DNA of 64,000 nucleotides, from assembly GCA_026707145.1 (NCBI GenBank), contig JAPOXK010000011.1, forward strand, positions 35,908-99,907, read 5' to 3'. Position numbers and translations under genes: made by a program. This DNA comes from Chloroflexota bacterium. Its GTDB lineage: Bacteria > Chloroflexota > Dehalococcoidia > Bin125. Below the pieces are notes generated by a model. That model was not told the origin of the DNA. It ran no database searches and was given only the letters and a program-made list of their open reading frames with translations. Positions 1-9,690 of this stretch are shown here, piece by piece (within the stretch, counting starts at the first letter, position 1; each line of letters opens with the position of its first letter).

Positions 1-516
1 GGTCGAATTCGAATGCCCAGGGCTGTTGTTGCTCGGACAAGGGATCTGGCTAGCTTGTGCGTCGCCGCACCCGCGGCTCCGCGTCAATGATCCGGCGCCG
101 GATCGCATAGTGGACGATGTCCGTGCGGTACCGAGTACCGTGTGCCTCCACCGCATTCCTCCTGCCTGCCTCGCCCGCTGCGCGCGCCCGCTTTCCGGCT
201 GCGGCTCCGTGATCACTGAAAAGGGGGGCTACTCTAGGCATGCTTTGCGGCCTGGGACAATTACCTCCGATCTCGCGGCGGCGGCCAGCGGTCGCGTAGT
301 CCCCCCTTGGCAGCCAGCGCGCAGCGCCTGAGGCGCGCGAGGTTCCCGCTCGCCACGCATAGGTCTTATATCGAGGAGTTGAACGAAGGGGAGAGTCGCG
401 CGCCGTGTGGGACAACGTGCGGACACTATGGACCGGGGGCCAGGATCAACCACCGATGGGGCAATGGACAACTCGGGCCGTGCGAGGGGCCGAGCCGGAA
501 AGGGCGGGGGGCTGGG

Positions 517-726
517 CTAGAGTCGGAGCTTGCCGTGCGAGGGCTGGCGGCGGCGCTGGCGGCCTGCCTCGACCGCCTGCTCTTCCTCAAGCTCCAAGAC
601 CGAGATCACGTGGCTCTCGTAAACGTATCCGCAGGAGATGCAGGTACCGAAGTTGCCGTGGTTGTCCGACTCGGCCAGCATCGAGCCGGCGCAGCGCGGA
701 CATTGCATTCGTGTCTGTACAGGCAT
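517..726 (-). CDS. small zinc-ribbon protein (CxxC...CxxC), hypothetical
   Basis: Translation MPVQTRMQCPRCAGS...CISCGYVYE carries two CxxC pairs. Third codon positions are mostly G/C as expected for real genes here. Start is uncertain (alternative ATG at 706-708). Confidence 0.35.
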   Translation of the reverse strand: MPVQTRMQCPRCAGSMLAESDNHGNFGTCISCGYVYESHVISVLELEEEQAVEAGRQRRRQPSHGKLRL

Positions 727-1017
727 GGGTATCGAGGCCTCCGTGGCCGCCGCCACTTGTGAATTATTGCACATCCTCACGACGCTTTTTCGGCACTGTC
801 AACCCGATCCGTATTTGCTTGACTGATTCCAGCGCGGATCGCGGCTTGAATTTACGCGTGGTTTACGGCTGTCGGCGCTGCTCGTGACATTTTCGTAGCC
901 GCGTTTTTTCTCTTGCCCCGCAGGTGCTTTCCGTACGCCGCTTCCATCCGTATCCCCGGGCGCTCCGCGGGCCTGCCCCGCTCCTCGTCGCCGTAGGGGC
1001 TATACGATGCCCGCGAC

Positions 1018-2166
1018 ATGATTCCCATCGGCGACAGCCGGCAGCGCTCGTCCACTCCCTACGTCACGCGCGTGTTGCTGGTGATGAACGCTCTCATCTT
1101 CCTCTACATGCTCACCCTCGATCAGAGCGGCACCTCGGCGGTGCTGATCATCGACAGCGACTTGGCGGCCAGCCCGGCTCTCCAAAGCCGCGAAGACGCC
1201 ATCGCCTATCCGTCGTCTCCACTCGACGACTTCACCCTGCGCTACGGTGCGGTTCCAGAGTTTATCGTCGGCTATCTCAACGACGACAACATCTCCCACG
1301 ACGGGGTTGAAGCGTTCCGCTTCAATCGATTCACGGGCGCCCGCAGCAGCGGCGGGATCGATCTCCTCGACGGCGTCCTGCTGCTCCTCACGCCGCTCAC
1401 CGCCATGTTCCTGCACGCCGGTTGGCTCCACGTCATCGGCAACATGCTTTTCCTTTGGGTTTTCGGCACGAGCGTTGAGGATCGCTTGGGGAGTTGGCGA
1501 TTCGCCGTCTTCTACCTCGTCGGCGGATACGCCGCCGCCGCCGCACACATCTGGATCGACTCCGGCGACCTCGTGCCGATGGTCGGCGCCAGCGGCGCCA
1601 TCTCCGCCGTCCTCGGCGCCTACCTGTTGCTCTTTCCGCGCGCCCTGGTGCGCGTCTTTCTCCCCATCATCCTGCTCGTCCCCGCCGTGGTTCCCGCCCC
1701 GCTCATGATCGGGATCTGGTTCGCGCTAAACCTGATCAGCGGCGTCGGCAGCTTGGCGGCGGAATCCGTCGGGAGCGGCGGCACGGCTTGGTGGGCGCAC
1801 CTCGGCGGCTTCGGCGCGGGCATGATCCTCATCTACCCCTTTCTCGTTGGGCGCTGGCGCGCCCCCCGGCAAGAGGTTGGCCCCACCTGGAACCTCCCGC
1901 CCGGAATGAGCGGCTTCTGGCGGTCCGTCGGCCCTCGCGGGCGACCGGGCTTCTCCGCTGTCCGTTTGTCCGGCTCTGCAGAGCCCCGCCTGCCCTCCTC
2001 GATCGTCGCTCGCATCCGCTCGCGCCTCGCGCGCTCCGCCCGAGCGATCCGCCGTCTTCCCGTCTTGCGGGTTGGCGGCCTGTTTGCCCGGAGCTTCCGC
2101 CGTCTGCGCCGCCGTCGCTCCCACCAGGGCGGTATCGACGCTTACCGGTCCTTCGACGACCACTGA
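1018..2166 (+). CDS. rhomboid family intramembrane serine protease
   Basis: Multi-TM protein with the rhomboid motifs HAGWLHVIGNMLFLWVFG and GASGAISAVLGAY (GxSG active-site Ser, downstream His). Arg-rich low-complexity C-terminal tail. Confidence 0.8.
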   Translation: MIPIGDSRQRSSTPYVTRVLLVMNALIFLYMLTLDQSGTSAVLIIDSDLAASPALQSREDAIAYPSSPLDDFTLRYGAVPEFIVGYLNDDNISHDGVEAFRFNRFTGARSSGGIDLLDGVLLLLTPLTAMFLHAGWLHVIGNMLFLWVFGTSVEDRLGSWRFAVFYLVGGYAAAAAHIWIDSGDLVPMVGASGAISAVLGAYLLLFPRALVRVFLPIILLVPAVVPAPLMIGIWFALNLISGVGSLAAESVGSGGTAWWAHLGGFGAGMILIYPFLVGRWRAPRQEVGPTWNLPPGMSGFWRSVGPRGRPGFSAVRLSGSAEPRLPSSIVARIRSRLARSARAIRRLPVLRVGGLFARSFRRLRRRRSHQGGIDAYRSFDDH

Positions 2167-2246
2167 CGTAAGGCCTGCCGGCCGGGCGTTATCGCTGGCC
2201 CTCGCTGGGCGGGGGTGTACGCTCGCTCGGCAGCGTGGAGAGTGCC

Positions 2247-3074
2247 GTGGCGATCCAAGTCACCCTGATCGAGTCCACCGCTAATCCCATTCGGGCCCTC
2301 TACATGGCCTACCGGGTCTGCTACTCCGCCCTCACCCCTCAGCAGGTCCTCGACCGTATTGAAGACGAGCGCATCTCTCAGGAGACCATGGAGGAGTTCG
2401 TGTCGGCGCGGCTCAAGACCGGACACACCTCGCCGCTCGAGCAAGTGTGGTTCGAGTTCGGCATCGCGGGCGTCTCCCGCGCCTTCAGCCACCAGTTCGT
2501 CCGTCACCGCATCGGCATCTCCTTCGAGCAGCAGAGCCAGCGCTACGTGACCTATAAGGACGGCACCTTTCCTTACACCGTCCCCGCGACCGTCGAGCGA
2601 GCCGGCCTCGCTGGTGATATGCACGCTCTCTTCGACCAGGCGGGGACGCTCTACCAGCGCATGGTGGAGGCCGGCGTCCCGGCGGAGGATGCGCGCTTCC
2701 TTCTCCCCAACGCCACGAACACCAACTTCAAGATCGCGGTGAACTTTCTTGAGCTGTTGCATCTCTGCGATCAGCGCCTCTGTATCCGCGCGCAATGGGA
2801 GTTCCGCAAGGTCACCGCCCTCATGCGCGCCGAAGTCCTGCGCAAGGTCCCGGCCCTTGGCCGCTATCTGCAGCCCAAATGCGGCGAGAAACGTCTAGGC
2901 TACTGCGACGAGGAGTACGACGCCTGGAAGGCCTGCCCCCTGGGCCGCAAGCGCCCCCACAGGAGCGAACTCTTCCAGCTCTACGACAGCTACCGCAAGG
3001 GCGAACTCGAAGACCTCGGCGCCGCCGAGTTCGCCGTCATTGAAGAGCAGCGGGTCGAAGGGGCTGCTACCTAG
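2247..3074 (+). CDS. thyX: FAD-dependent thymidylate synthase ThyX
   Basis: ThyX signature RHRIGISFEQQSQRY (RHR...SxRY) and overall length. GGAGAG Shine-Dalgarno 5 nt upstream of the GTG at 2247. Alternative GTG at 2235. Confidence 0.85.
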   Translation: MAIQVTLIESTANPIRALYMAYRVCYSALTPQQVLDRIEDERISQETMEEFVSARLKTGHTSPLEQVWFEFGIAGVSRAFSHQFVRHRIGISFEQQSQRYVTYKDGTFPYTVPATVERAGLAGDMHALFDQAGTLYQRMVEAGVPAEDARFLLPNATNTNFKIAVNFLELLHLCDQRLCIRAQWEFRKVTALMRAEVLRKVPALGRYLQPKCGEKRLGYCDEEYDAWKACPLGRKRPHRSELFQLYDSYRKGELEDLGAAEFAVIEEQRVEGAAT

Positions 3075-3426
3075 ACCCCTCGATCAGCTGCACGTAGTTT
3101 CCGTCGGGATCCTCGACCGTCGATACCAGCCCGCCCCACCACTCCCGCTCCGGCTCCCGCACTACCGTGATCCCCAGCCGCCGCAGCCGCTCGACCGCCG
3201 CGCGCACATCGCCATCCACGAAGAGGTTCAGCAGATGGCGCGCGGGCGTGCGGTTCCGTCCGGCTATCTCGGAGTGCTGGACGATTCGCAGGTTCGCGCC
3301 CCCCGCCCGGAACACCGGGTCCCTGTATTTCGATGCGCGCGGCAGCCCCAGCAGATCCCCGTAGAACCGCGCCAGCTCCTCGGGCTGGTCGCTCCCCACC
3401 ATCACCGTCAGCTCCCGCACCTCCAT
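3067..3426 (-). CDS. VOC (glyoxalase/bleomycin-resistance) family protein
   Basis: 119 aa with the glyoxalase-like beta-alpha-beta-beta-beta pattern, ending ...EDPDGNYVQLIE. Confidence 0.65.
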   Translation of the reverse strand: MEVRELTVMVGSDQPEELARFYGDLLGLPRASKYRDPVFRAGGANLRIVQHSEIAGRNRTPARHLLNLFVDGDVRAAVERLRRLGITVVREPEREWWGGLVSTVEDPDGNYVQLIEGSR

Positions 3427-3430
3427 CGGC

Positions 3431-4267
3431 CTACACCTCCACCACGAGCCCGTCCCGCGCCACGATCACCGGGCCCGCGTACTCGCGGCTGGCCGTCTCC
3501 GCCAGTTCCGCTTCTTCTTCCGTCGGCAGCAAGTGCGTCAAGACCAGCCGGCCCGCTCGCGCCGCCGCCGCTATCCGCGAGACGCTCCCCACCTCGCTGT
3601 GAGAGCGAGCGAAGGCCGCCTTGATCGACCGTGCTCCTTGCGCGTCCAGCCGCGACGCGTACCGTTCGAGCGCGAGCCTGCCGTAGCACTCATGCATCAG
3701 CACGTCGGCGCCCCGAGCGAAGGCCGTCATCAGCGCGCTCGCCGGCCCGCTGTCGCCGCTGTACACGAGCACCCGGCCGTCCCCTGCGACGCGGCGCGCC
3801 TGCGCGACCAGCATCTCCGAGTGCGGCACCGTTACCGATTCCACCTCGAACCCGGCCACCCCCAGGGGCTCCCCTTCCGCTACTTCCTCGACGCGGACCG
3901 AACCCAGTAGCGGCAGCCGCCGTCCTCCGCTTAAGTAGCGCAGCTGCGTCCGCGCGTATTCCACCGCGCTCGATGCGTACTGCGCGGTTCCCGCCGGTCC
4001 GTAGACTGGGGGCGGCTCGCGTCCCCCGAACGCCAACCGGGTCAGTAACTCCGCCAGCGCCAAGGCGTGATCGAAGTGCAGGTGGCTGAGGAACACGGCA
4101 GCCACGCGCTCCAGCCCGATTCCCGCGGCCTGGGCGCGCTCCAGCGACCCCGGACCGCAGTCCAAGAGGATCCCGGGAGCGTTGGATGTCCTCTCGACGA
4201 AGATCGACGCGCCCGCCCGGCGCGCGTTCAACATCGACTGTCCGCTGCCCAAGATCGTCGCGCGCAC
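3431..4267 (-). CDS. MBL-fold metallo-hydrolase
   Basis: HLHFDH metal-binding motif (HxHxDH) and an N-terminal MRATILGSG... beta-lactamase fold start. Confidence 0.7.
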   Translation of the reverse strand: MRATILGSGQSMLNARRAGASIFVERTSNAPGILLDCGPGSLERAQAAGIGLERVAAVFLSHLHFDHALALAELLTRLAFGGREPPPVYGPAGTAQYASSAVEYARTQLRYLSGGRRLPLLGSVRVEEVAEGEPLGVAGFEVESVTVPHSEMLVAQARRVAGDGRVLVYSGDSGPASALMTAFARGADVLMHECYGRLALERYASRLDAQGARSIKAAFARSHSEVGSVSRIAAAARAGRLVLTHLLPTEEEAELAETASREYAGPVIVARDGLVVEV

Positions 4268-4301
4268 GGGCTCCGCTTTCGCTGCTCGCGGGTGGTCGTC
4301 G

Positions 4302-4775
4302 CTAGCCGGACTCGGGCTCGGCCAATCGCCAGCGGGGCTGCACGATCTCGCCGACGTCCGGATCGACGGCCGTGCGCTCGAAGACCACCCGCAGCGGCAT
4401 CCCGATCGCGAGCGCGCCCTCCTCGTCTGCGTCGAGCACGTTGCCCAGCATCCGGACCTCCGGATGGTCGTCGAGCTGCAGCAGCACCACGTTGTAGGGG
4501 CCGCGCTCGCGCAGCAGGTCGTTGGCCGGATGCACCGTGCGCGTGAAGCTGTATATCGTTGCCCGCCCGGAGACTTCCTTCCAGCCCAGGTCGAACGAGT
4601 GGCAGGCGTGGCAGAGCACCTCGGGTGGATGCTGCACCGTTGCGCAGTCGCGGCACTGCTGCACCACGAGGCGCCCTTCGCGCGCCGCCTCCCAGAAGCC
4701 GCGGCTCAGGGCGTCGTTCGGATCGGGGACGGCGTAGCCCTCGGGGAAGTACTGGCCGTCGACGAACTCCGCCAT
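4302..4775 (-). CDS. DUF35 OB-fold/zinc-ribbon protein (thiolase partner)
   Basis: CRDCATVQHPP...CHAC zinc ribbon followed by an OB-fold region. Its ATG (4773-4775) overlaps the TGA stop of the upstream thiolase by 1 nt. Confidence 0.7.
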   Translation of the reverse strand: MAEFVDGQYFPEGYAVPDPNDALSRGFWEAAREGRLVVQQCRDCATVQHPPEVLCHACHSFDLGWKEVSGRATIYSFTRTVHPANDLLRERGPYNVVLLQLDDHPEVRMLGNVLDADEEGALAIGMPLRVVFERTAVDPDVGEIVQPRWRLAEPESG

Positions 4776-5986
4776 CAGTTGTGCAAGATCAGGGCGCTGG
4801 CCGGCGCCACTCCGGGACCACTCACCAGCAGGGAGGTGCGCGCGCCCTCCACCGGCAGGGTTGCCGTGCCGTTGAGCTGCCGCGTTGCTTCCACCATCAG
4901 CTCGAATCCGTGGGTATAGGCCTCGGCCAAGTTGCCGCCGCTGGTGTTGATCGGCAAGGCACCGGCGTGCGGCGCCCCCGTATCCGCCACGGCTTGATGC
5001 TCGATCCGCCCGCCCTCTACCCACCGGCCCGCTTCCCCCCGCCCGCACAGCCCAAAGTCCTCCATCGCCATCAACACCAGCCCGGTGAAGTTCTCATAGA
5101 TCTGCGCCACGTCGATCTCTTCCGGTCCCATCCCCGCCGATGCATACAGCCGCCGCGCCACGTCCGAGAACGCGGCCGTCGTGTAGTCGGGCCGGTTGTC
5201 GCTCATGGCTCCCTCACGATAGCCGGCGCCCTGCGCCGCCCCCGCCAGATAGACCAGGGGCCGCCGCAGGTCCCGCGCCCGCTCGGGCGTCGTCAGGATC
5301 ACCGCCGCCGCCCCGTCCGTTTCTTGGCAGCAATCGTAGAGCCGCAAGGGATCCGCGATCATGCGCGAATTTTGGTGATCCTCGATCGTGATCGGCCTGC
5401 CGTTCATGATGGCGCGCGGGTTGTGCTGCGCGTGTTTGTAGCTGGCCACCGCGATGAGTCCGAGCTGTGCGCTCGTCACGCCGTACTCGTACATGTACCG
5501 TCTGATCGGCAGCGCGAATCGCTGCGGCGGCGTCAGCAAGCCCGCCGCGAGCCGCCACATATCCTGTCCGCGGCTACGGCCGGTGACGCTCGCCTGCCCA
5601 AAGCGGCGGAACTGCCCCTGCGCCAGCGCCCGGTAGACGACCACGTAGTCCGCATATCCGGCGATGATCGCCGCTGCCGCGTTCGCCACCGCCCCGGCCA
5701 CGCCGCCCCCGCCTCCCCCCCAATGCATGTTGTTGAACGCGGTTTGCTCGACGCCCAGCGCCGTCGCAATCCGGATCGCATCGTTGCGGTCGTTCGCGTA
5801 CGATGCGAACCCGTTCAAGCGGCGCGGGTCCAGCCCCGCGTCGTTGCACGCCGCCAGGATCGCCTCGATCGCGAGCTGAAACTCCGGCCGGGCGATCGAC
5901 CCGTGCCGCCCGTACTCGCTCTCCCCCACGCCGACCACGCATACCTTGTCGCGGATCGAGCGCGCTGCGTTCTCGCCCATCGACAC
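4775..5986 (-). CDS. SCP2/nsLTP-type thiolase-like protein
   Basis: Thiolase-like N-terminus (VCVVGVGESEYGRHG), a Gly-rich loop HWGGGGGG, 403 aa. Translationally coupled to the DUF35 gene. Confidence 0.75.
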   Translation of the reverse strand: MSMGENAARSIRDKVCVVGVGESEYGRHGSIARPEFQLAIEAILAACNDAGLDPRRLNGFASYANDRNDAIRIATALGVEQTAFNNMHWGGGGGGVAGAVANAAAAIIAGYADYVVVYRALAQGQFRRFGQASVTGRSRGQDMWRLAAGLLTPPQRFALPIRRYMYEYGVTSAQLGLIAVASYKHAQHNPRAIMNGRPITIEDHQNSRMIADPLRLYDCCQETDGAAAVILTTPERARDLRRPLVYLAGAAQGAGYREGAMSDNRPDYTTAAFSDVARRLYASAGMGPEEIDVAQIYENFTGLVLMAMEDFGLCGRGEAGRWVEGGRIEHQAVADTGAPHAGALPINTSGGNLAEAYTHGFELMVEATRQLNGTATLPVEGARTSLLVSGPGVAPASALILHN

Positions 5987-6112
5987 TCCTCAGCCGGTAA
6001 CGTCCGATGCACCAGCTTGGCCATTCTGGCCGATCAGGAGATCACACGCGACTCGGCATCCGCCCGGTATTCCTCCGTGCGCCCGCTCCCGCTCCGTTGC
6101 TATCCTTCTCTT

Positions 6113-6319
6113 ATGCCGCCCGAGATCGATTCGCAGCAACTCGCCCGCCTGCGCACCCTCGCCGATGCGGCCCGTCTCTCCATCAGCGACGAACGCTTGG
6201 CCGAGATCGCGCCCCTGGCCGAGATCCTCCTCGATCGCTTCGGCGCCTTCGCCGAGTTGGACCTTGATCAGGTTCAGCCCGCCTCCAACCTGCGCCCTCC
6301 GCGCCCTGCGTCCGGCTGA
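6113..6319 (+). CDS. GatC-like small protein (amidase-associated)
   Basis: 68 aa. LARLRTLADAARLSISDERLAEIAPLAEILLD...LDLDQVQP follows the GatC pattern. Its stop lies 2 nt before the amidase start. Confidence 0.55.
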   Translation: MPPEIDSQQLARLRTLADAARLSISDERLAEIAPLAEILLDRFGAFAELDLDQVQPASNLRPPRPASG

Positions 6320-6321
6320 TC

Positions 6322-7695
6322 GTGTCCGAACCGCACGACCTCACCATCCGTGAAGCCGCCACCGCCCTGCGCGATGGGTCCCTCACTGCGGCCGCCCTCA
6401 CCGATGCCGTCCTCGCCCGCGCCGCCGTGACCGAGCCCGCAATCAACGCCTACATCACCCTCACGGCCGACCTCGCCCGCCAGCAAGCGGCCAACGCCGA
6501 TGAAGAGCTTCGCGCTGGCCGCGACCGTGGCCCACTGCACGGCATCCCCGTGGCGCTGAAGGACATCATCGATACCGCCGGCATTCCGACTACCGCTGGC
6601 TCGGACTTCCTCCGCGACCGCGTGCCCCAAAGCGACGCCTTCGTTACTCGTAAGCTCTACGACGCCGGCGCCGTGCTCGTGGGCAAGCTCAACCTGCACG
6701 AGTTCGCCATGAGCACCACCAGCATCAACCCGCACTACGGGCCGGTTGGCAACCCCTGGGACCCTGCGCGCGTCGCTGGCGGCAGCTCGGGCGGCAGCGC
6801 CGCCGCGGTCGCGGCCGGCTCCGCGCTCGCCACGTTGGGCAGCGACACCGGCGGCTCTGTTCGCCTCCCCGCCGCGCTCTGCGGCGTCGTGGGACTCAAG
6901 CCGACCTACGGCCGCGTGGGGCGCAGCGGTGTCGTGATGATCTCCTGGTCGCTCGATCACGTCGGCCCGCTCACGCGCACCGTCGAGGACGCCGCGCTGA
7001 TGCTCAACGCCATCGCCGGGTACGATCCGAACGACGGAGGCTCTGCGGAGGATCCTGCGGGGGATTTCACCCGTGATCTGGGCCGGGGCGTGGAGGGCCT
7101 GCGGATCGGCATCGCGCGCAAGCTCTTCTGGTCCCGCTGCGACCCGGAGATCGAGGCCGCCTGCGAGGCGGCGATCGACGTGCTCCGGGGTCTCGGCGCC
7201 ACGGTCCACGAGGTCGACCTTCCGCTGCTGCACGGGGCCCGGCGCACGCCGATCCTCGCCGTGGAGGCGGCGGCCTATCACTCCACCTGGCTGCGCCAGC
7301 ACGCCGACCGCTATGGCGACGACGCCCGCTCCCTGCTGGAGGCCGGCGCGCTTATCCCCGGCACCGCCTACGTGCAGGCCCAGCGTCTGCGCACCAAGGT
7401 CATCGACGAGACACGCGCCCTCTTCAACACGATCGACGTCCTGGCCTCGCCCACCAGCCCCGTCGTCGCTCCCACGATCGAGGCCGGCGACCCTAAGTTC
7501 GTGCTGGCTCGCTACATCATGGACTTCAACGTCACGGCGATCCCCGCCATCAGCATCCCCTGCGGCTTCAGCGGCAACGACCTGCCCATCAGCCTGATGC
7601 TGGGCGGACGGCACTTTGGGGAGTCCGCCCTGCTCCGCGCCGCGCACGCCTACGAGCAAGCCACCGACTGGCACAGGCGCCGGCCGTCTCTCTAG
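6322..7695 (+). CDS. amidase (amidase-signature family, GatA-like)
   Basis: GGSSGGSAAAVAAGS amidase signature and a KDIIDTAGIPTTAGS region with the catalytic Ser-cisSer-Lys context. No gatB follows. Confidence 0.85.
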   Translation: MSEPHDLTIREAATALRDGSLTAAALTDAVLARAAVTEPAINAYITLTADLARQQAANADEELRAGRDRGPLHGIPVALKDIIDTAGIPTTAGSDFLRDRVPQSDAFVTRKLYDAGAVLVGKLNLHEFAMSTTSINPHYGPVGNPWDPARVAGGSSGGSAAAVAAGSALATLGSDTGGSVRLPAALCGVVGLKPTYGRVGRSGVVMISWSLDHVGPLTRTVEDAALMLNAIAGYDPNDGGSAEDPAGDFTRDLGRGVEGLRIGIARKLFWSRCDPEIEAACEAAIDVLRGLGATVHEVDLPLLHGARRTPILAVEAAAYHSTWLRQHADRYGDDARSLLEAGALIPGTAYVQAQRLRTKVIDETRALFNTIDVLASPTSPVVAPTIEAGDPKFVLARYIMDFNVTAIPAISIPCGFSGNDLPISLMLGGRHFGESALLRAAHAYEQATDWHRRRPSL

Positions 7696-7770
7696 GCTGG
7701 CGCTCCGTTTCGTCCTCGCGCGCGTGTTCCGATCGCGCGGCGGGGCTCGGACCCCACGGCGCGGCGGGGG

Positions 7771-9444
7771 CTAGCGCGTGATCGCTCCCTCCTCGGCCCC
7801 GGACACGCTCCGCGCGTACTTGGCGAACACGCCTTGCGTGTAGCGCGGCGCCGGCGCCGTCCAGGCTGCGAGGCGGCGCTGCATCTGCGCCTCGCCGATC
7901 TCGATGTCCAGCCGCCGCTCCTCGATATCGATGCTGATCGTGTCGCCCTCTTGCACGACCGCGATGGGGCCGCCCACTGCCGCTTCGGGCGCTACGTGCC
8001 CCACCATTAGGCCCCGCGTCGCCCCGCTGAAGCGGCCGTCCGTCAGCAGCGCCACCTCCCCGCCCAACCCTTCCCCGACCAGCGCCGCCGTGACGCCGAG
8101 CATCTCGCGCATGCCCGGCCCGCCCTTGGGGCCCTCGTTGCGGATCACGACCACATCGCCCGAACGGATCCCCTTCGCCGCTACCGCGGCGAAGGCGTCT
8201 TCCTCCCGCTCGAACACCCGTGCGGGACCCCGATGCCGCAGGCGCTCGTGTCCCGCCACCTTCACCACGCAGCCCGCCGGCGCCAAGTTGCCGTGGAGGA
8301 TCACCAGCCCGCCTGTCGGCTTGAGGGCCTTCTCGACCGGCAAGATCACGTCCTGCCCCGGCGTCTCCACCGCCAGCGCCGCTTCTTCCGCGATCGTGCG
8401 GCCCGTCACGGTCATCACGTCGCCGTGCAGCTTCCCGGCTTCCAAGAGCCGCTTCGCCAGCAGGCGCGTGCCCCCCGCTCGGTCGACATCCAGTGCCACG
8501 TAGCGCCCGCCCGGCCGTAGATCGCCGATTAGGGGCGTTTGCTCGCTGATCCGGTCGAAGTCGTCGATCGACAGCGACACGCCCGCCTCGCGCGCGATCG
8601 CGAGTAGGTGCAGCACGGCGTTCGTTGAGCCGCCGGTCGCGGCCGCGCAGATGATCCCGTTCTCGATCGCCTCGCGCGTCAGGATCTCGCCCGCGCGCAC
8701 CCCTCGTCCAAGCATCTCCATCAGCGTGCGTCCGGCCTCGCGCCCCACCGCGTCCTTGCGTGGATCGGTCGCGCCCACGCTGCCGCTGCCCAGCGGCGCG
8801 AGGCCGAGAAACTCGGTCACCATCGCCATCGTGTTGGCCGTGTACTGGGCTCCGCAGGCTCCCGCGCCGGGGCAGGCCGCGTCCTCAATGGCCGTGAGCT
8901 GCTCCTCCGTGATCGATCCCGCGGCGTGCTGCCCCACGCCCTCGAAGACATCTTGAATCGTGATGTCGCGTCCCTCGTAGCGTCCCGGGTCGATCGAGCC
9001 GCTGTACAGCGTGAGCCCCGGAAGGCCCAAGCGCGCGAGGGCCATCGGCCCGGCCGGAATCGTCTTGTCGCACCCCACGATCACGATCGCGGCGTCGAAC
9101 GAATAGCCGATAGCGCACAGCTCGATCGAGTCGGCGATCACCTCCCGGCTGATCAACGACGCCTTCATCCCCTCCGTCCCCATCGCGATCCCGTCACTGA
9201 TCGCGATCGTGTTGACCTCCATCGGCGTGCCGCCCGCCTCCCGCACTCCGTTCATCACCGACTCCGCCAGCGCGCGCTGGCTGAAGTTGCACGGCATCGT
9301 CCCGGTCCAGCTATGCGCCACCAGCACCAGTGGCTTGCGCAGATCCTCGCTCGTCAAGCCGATCGACTTGAAGTACGAGCGCGCCGGCGCGCGCGCCGGG
9401 CCGTCGACCAGGATGTGGCTGCGGTGTCTGGGATCGAGGGTCAT
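7771..9444 (-). CDS. ilvD: dihydroxy-acid dehydratase
   Basis: 557 aa. ILVD/EDD family motifs (CDKTIPAG, SDGIAMGTEGM) and full-length collinearity with IlvD. Confidence 0.9.
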   Translation of the reverse strand: MTLDPRHRSHILVDGPARAPARSYFKSIGLTSEDLRKPLVLVAHSWTGTMPCNFSQRALAESVMNGVREAGGTPMEVNTIAISDGIAMGTEGMKASLISREVIADSIELCAIGYSFDAAIVIVGCDKTIPAGPMALARLGLPGLTLYSGSIDPGRYEGRDITIQDVFEGVGQHAAGSITEEQLTAIEDAACPGAGACGAQYTANTMAMVTEFLGLAPLGSGSVGATDPRKDAVGREAGRTLMEMLGRGVRAGEILTREAIENGIICAAATGGSTNAVLHLLAIAREAGVSLSIDDFDRISEQTPLIGDLRPGGRYVALDVDRAGGTRLLAKRLLEAGKLHGDVMTVTGRTIAEEAALAVETPGQDVILPVEKALKPTGGLVILHGNLAPAGCVVKVAGHERLRHRGPARVFEREEDAFAAVAAKGIRSGDVVVIRNEGPKGGPGMREMLGVTAALVGEGLGGEVALLTDGRFSGATRGLMVGHVAPEAAVGGPIAVVQEGDTISIDIEERRLDIEIGEAQMQRRLAAWTAPAPRYTQGVFAKYARSVSGAEEGAITR

Positions 9445-9690
9445 CGCTGCTCCTGCTCGGATCTCGCCGACCGTTCCCGGACGGCGAGGCTGCGGTTCGT
9501 GCCCACTTCGGGCTGGTCTCGCTCTCGGGCCAATATCGGCTCCGGGCGGAGCAGAGTAAAGGCCTGCCCGGCGCGCGCTTACACCACGGCGTCGCTCCCA
9601 CCTCTAGACTGCGTCCACCCCGCGACCTAGAACGACTGGCGGCGAGCCCTGCGACTCGAGAGCAAATCCCGTCCCCGGCGTTTCCCCGCC

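Noticed and set aside
1-500. First 500 nt (GAATTC near position 5-10, several short ORFs) as gene or ncRNA
   Set aside because: No motif-bearing ORF, no RBS-start combination and no recognisable RNA structure. Treated as intergenic or window edge.
1018-2166. Rhomboid protease acting as rhombosortase for the proteins ending in ...TVGG
   Set aside because: GlyGly-CTERM targets have a TM helix and basic tail after the GG. Here GG is the last residue of a ~70-aa globular module, and the rhomboid is 30 kb away in a housekeeping context.
4559-6319. Long ORFs antisense to real genes (e.g. 4559..6319+, 6274..7674-, 9750..11984+, 13181..15031-, 25658..27604-, 27712..30495-, 38333..41473-, 45431..46843-, 52743..56459-)
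   Set aside because: Typical stop-codon-poor antisense frames of a ~70% GC genome. Each overlaps a gene with strong family motifs on the other strand and gives Arg/Ala/Gly/Pro-rich low-complexity translations.
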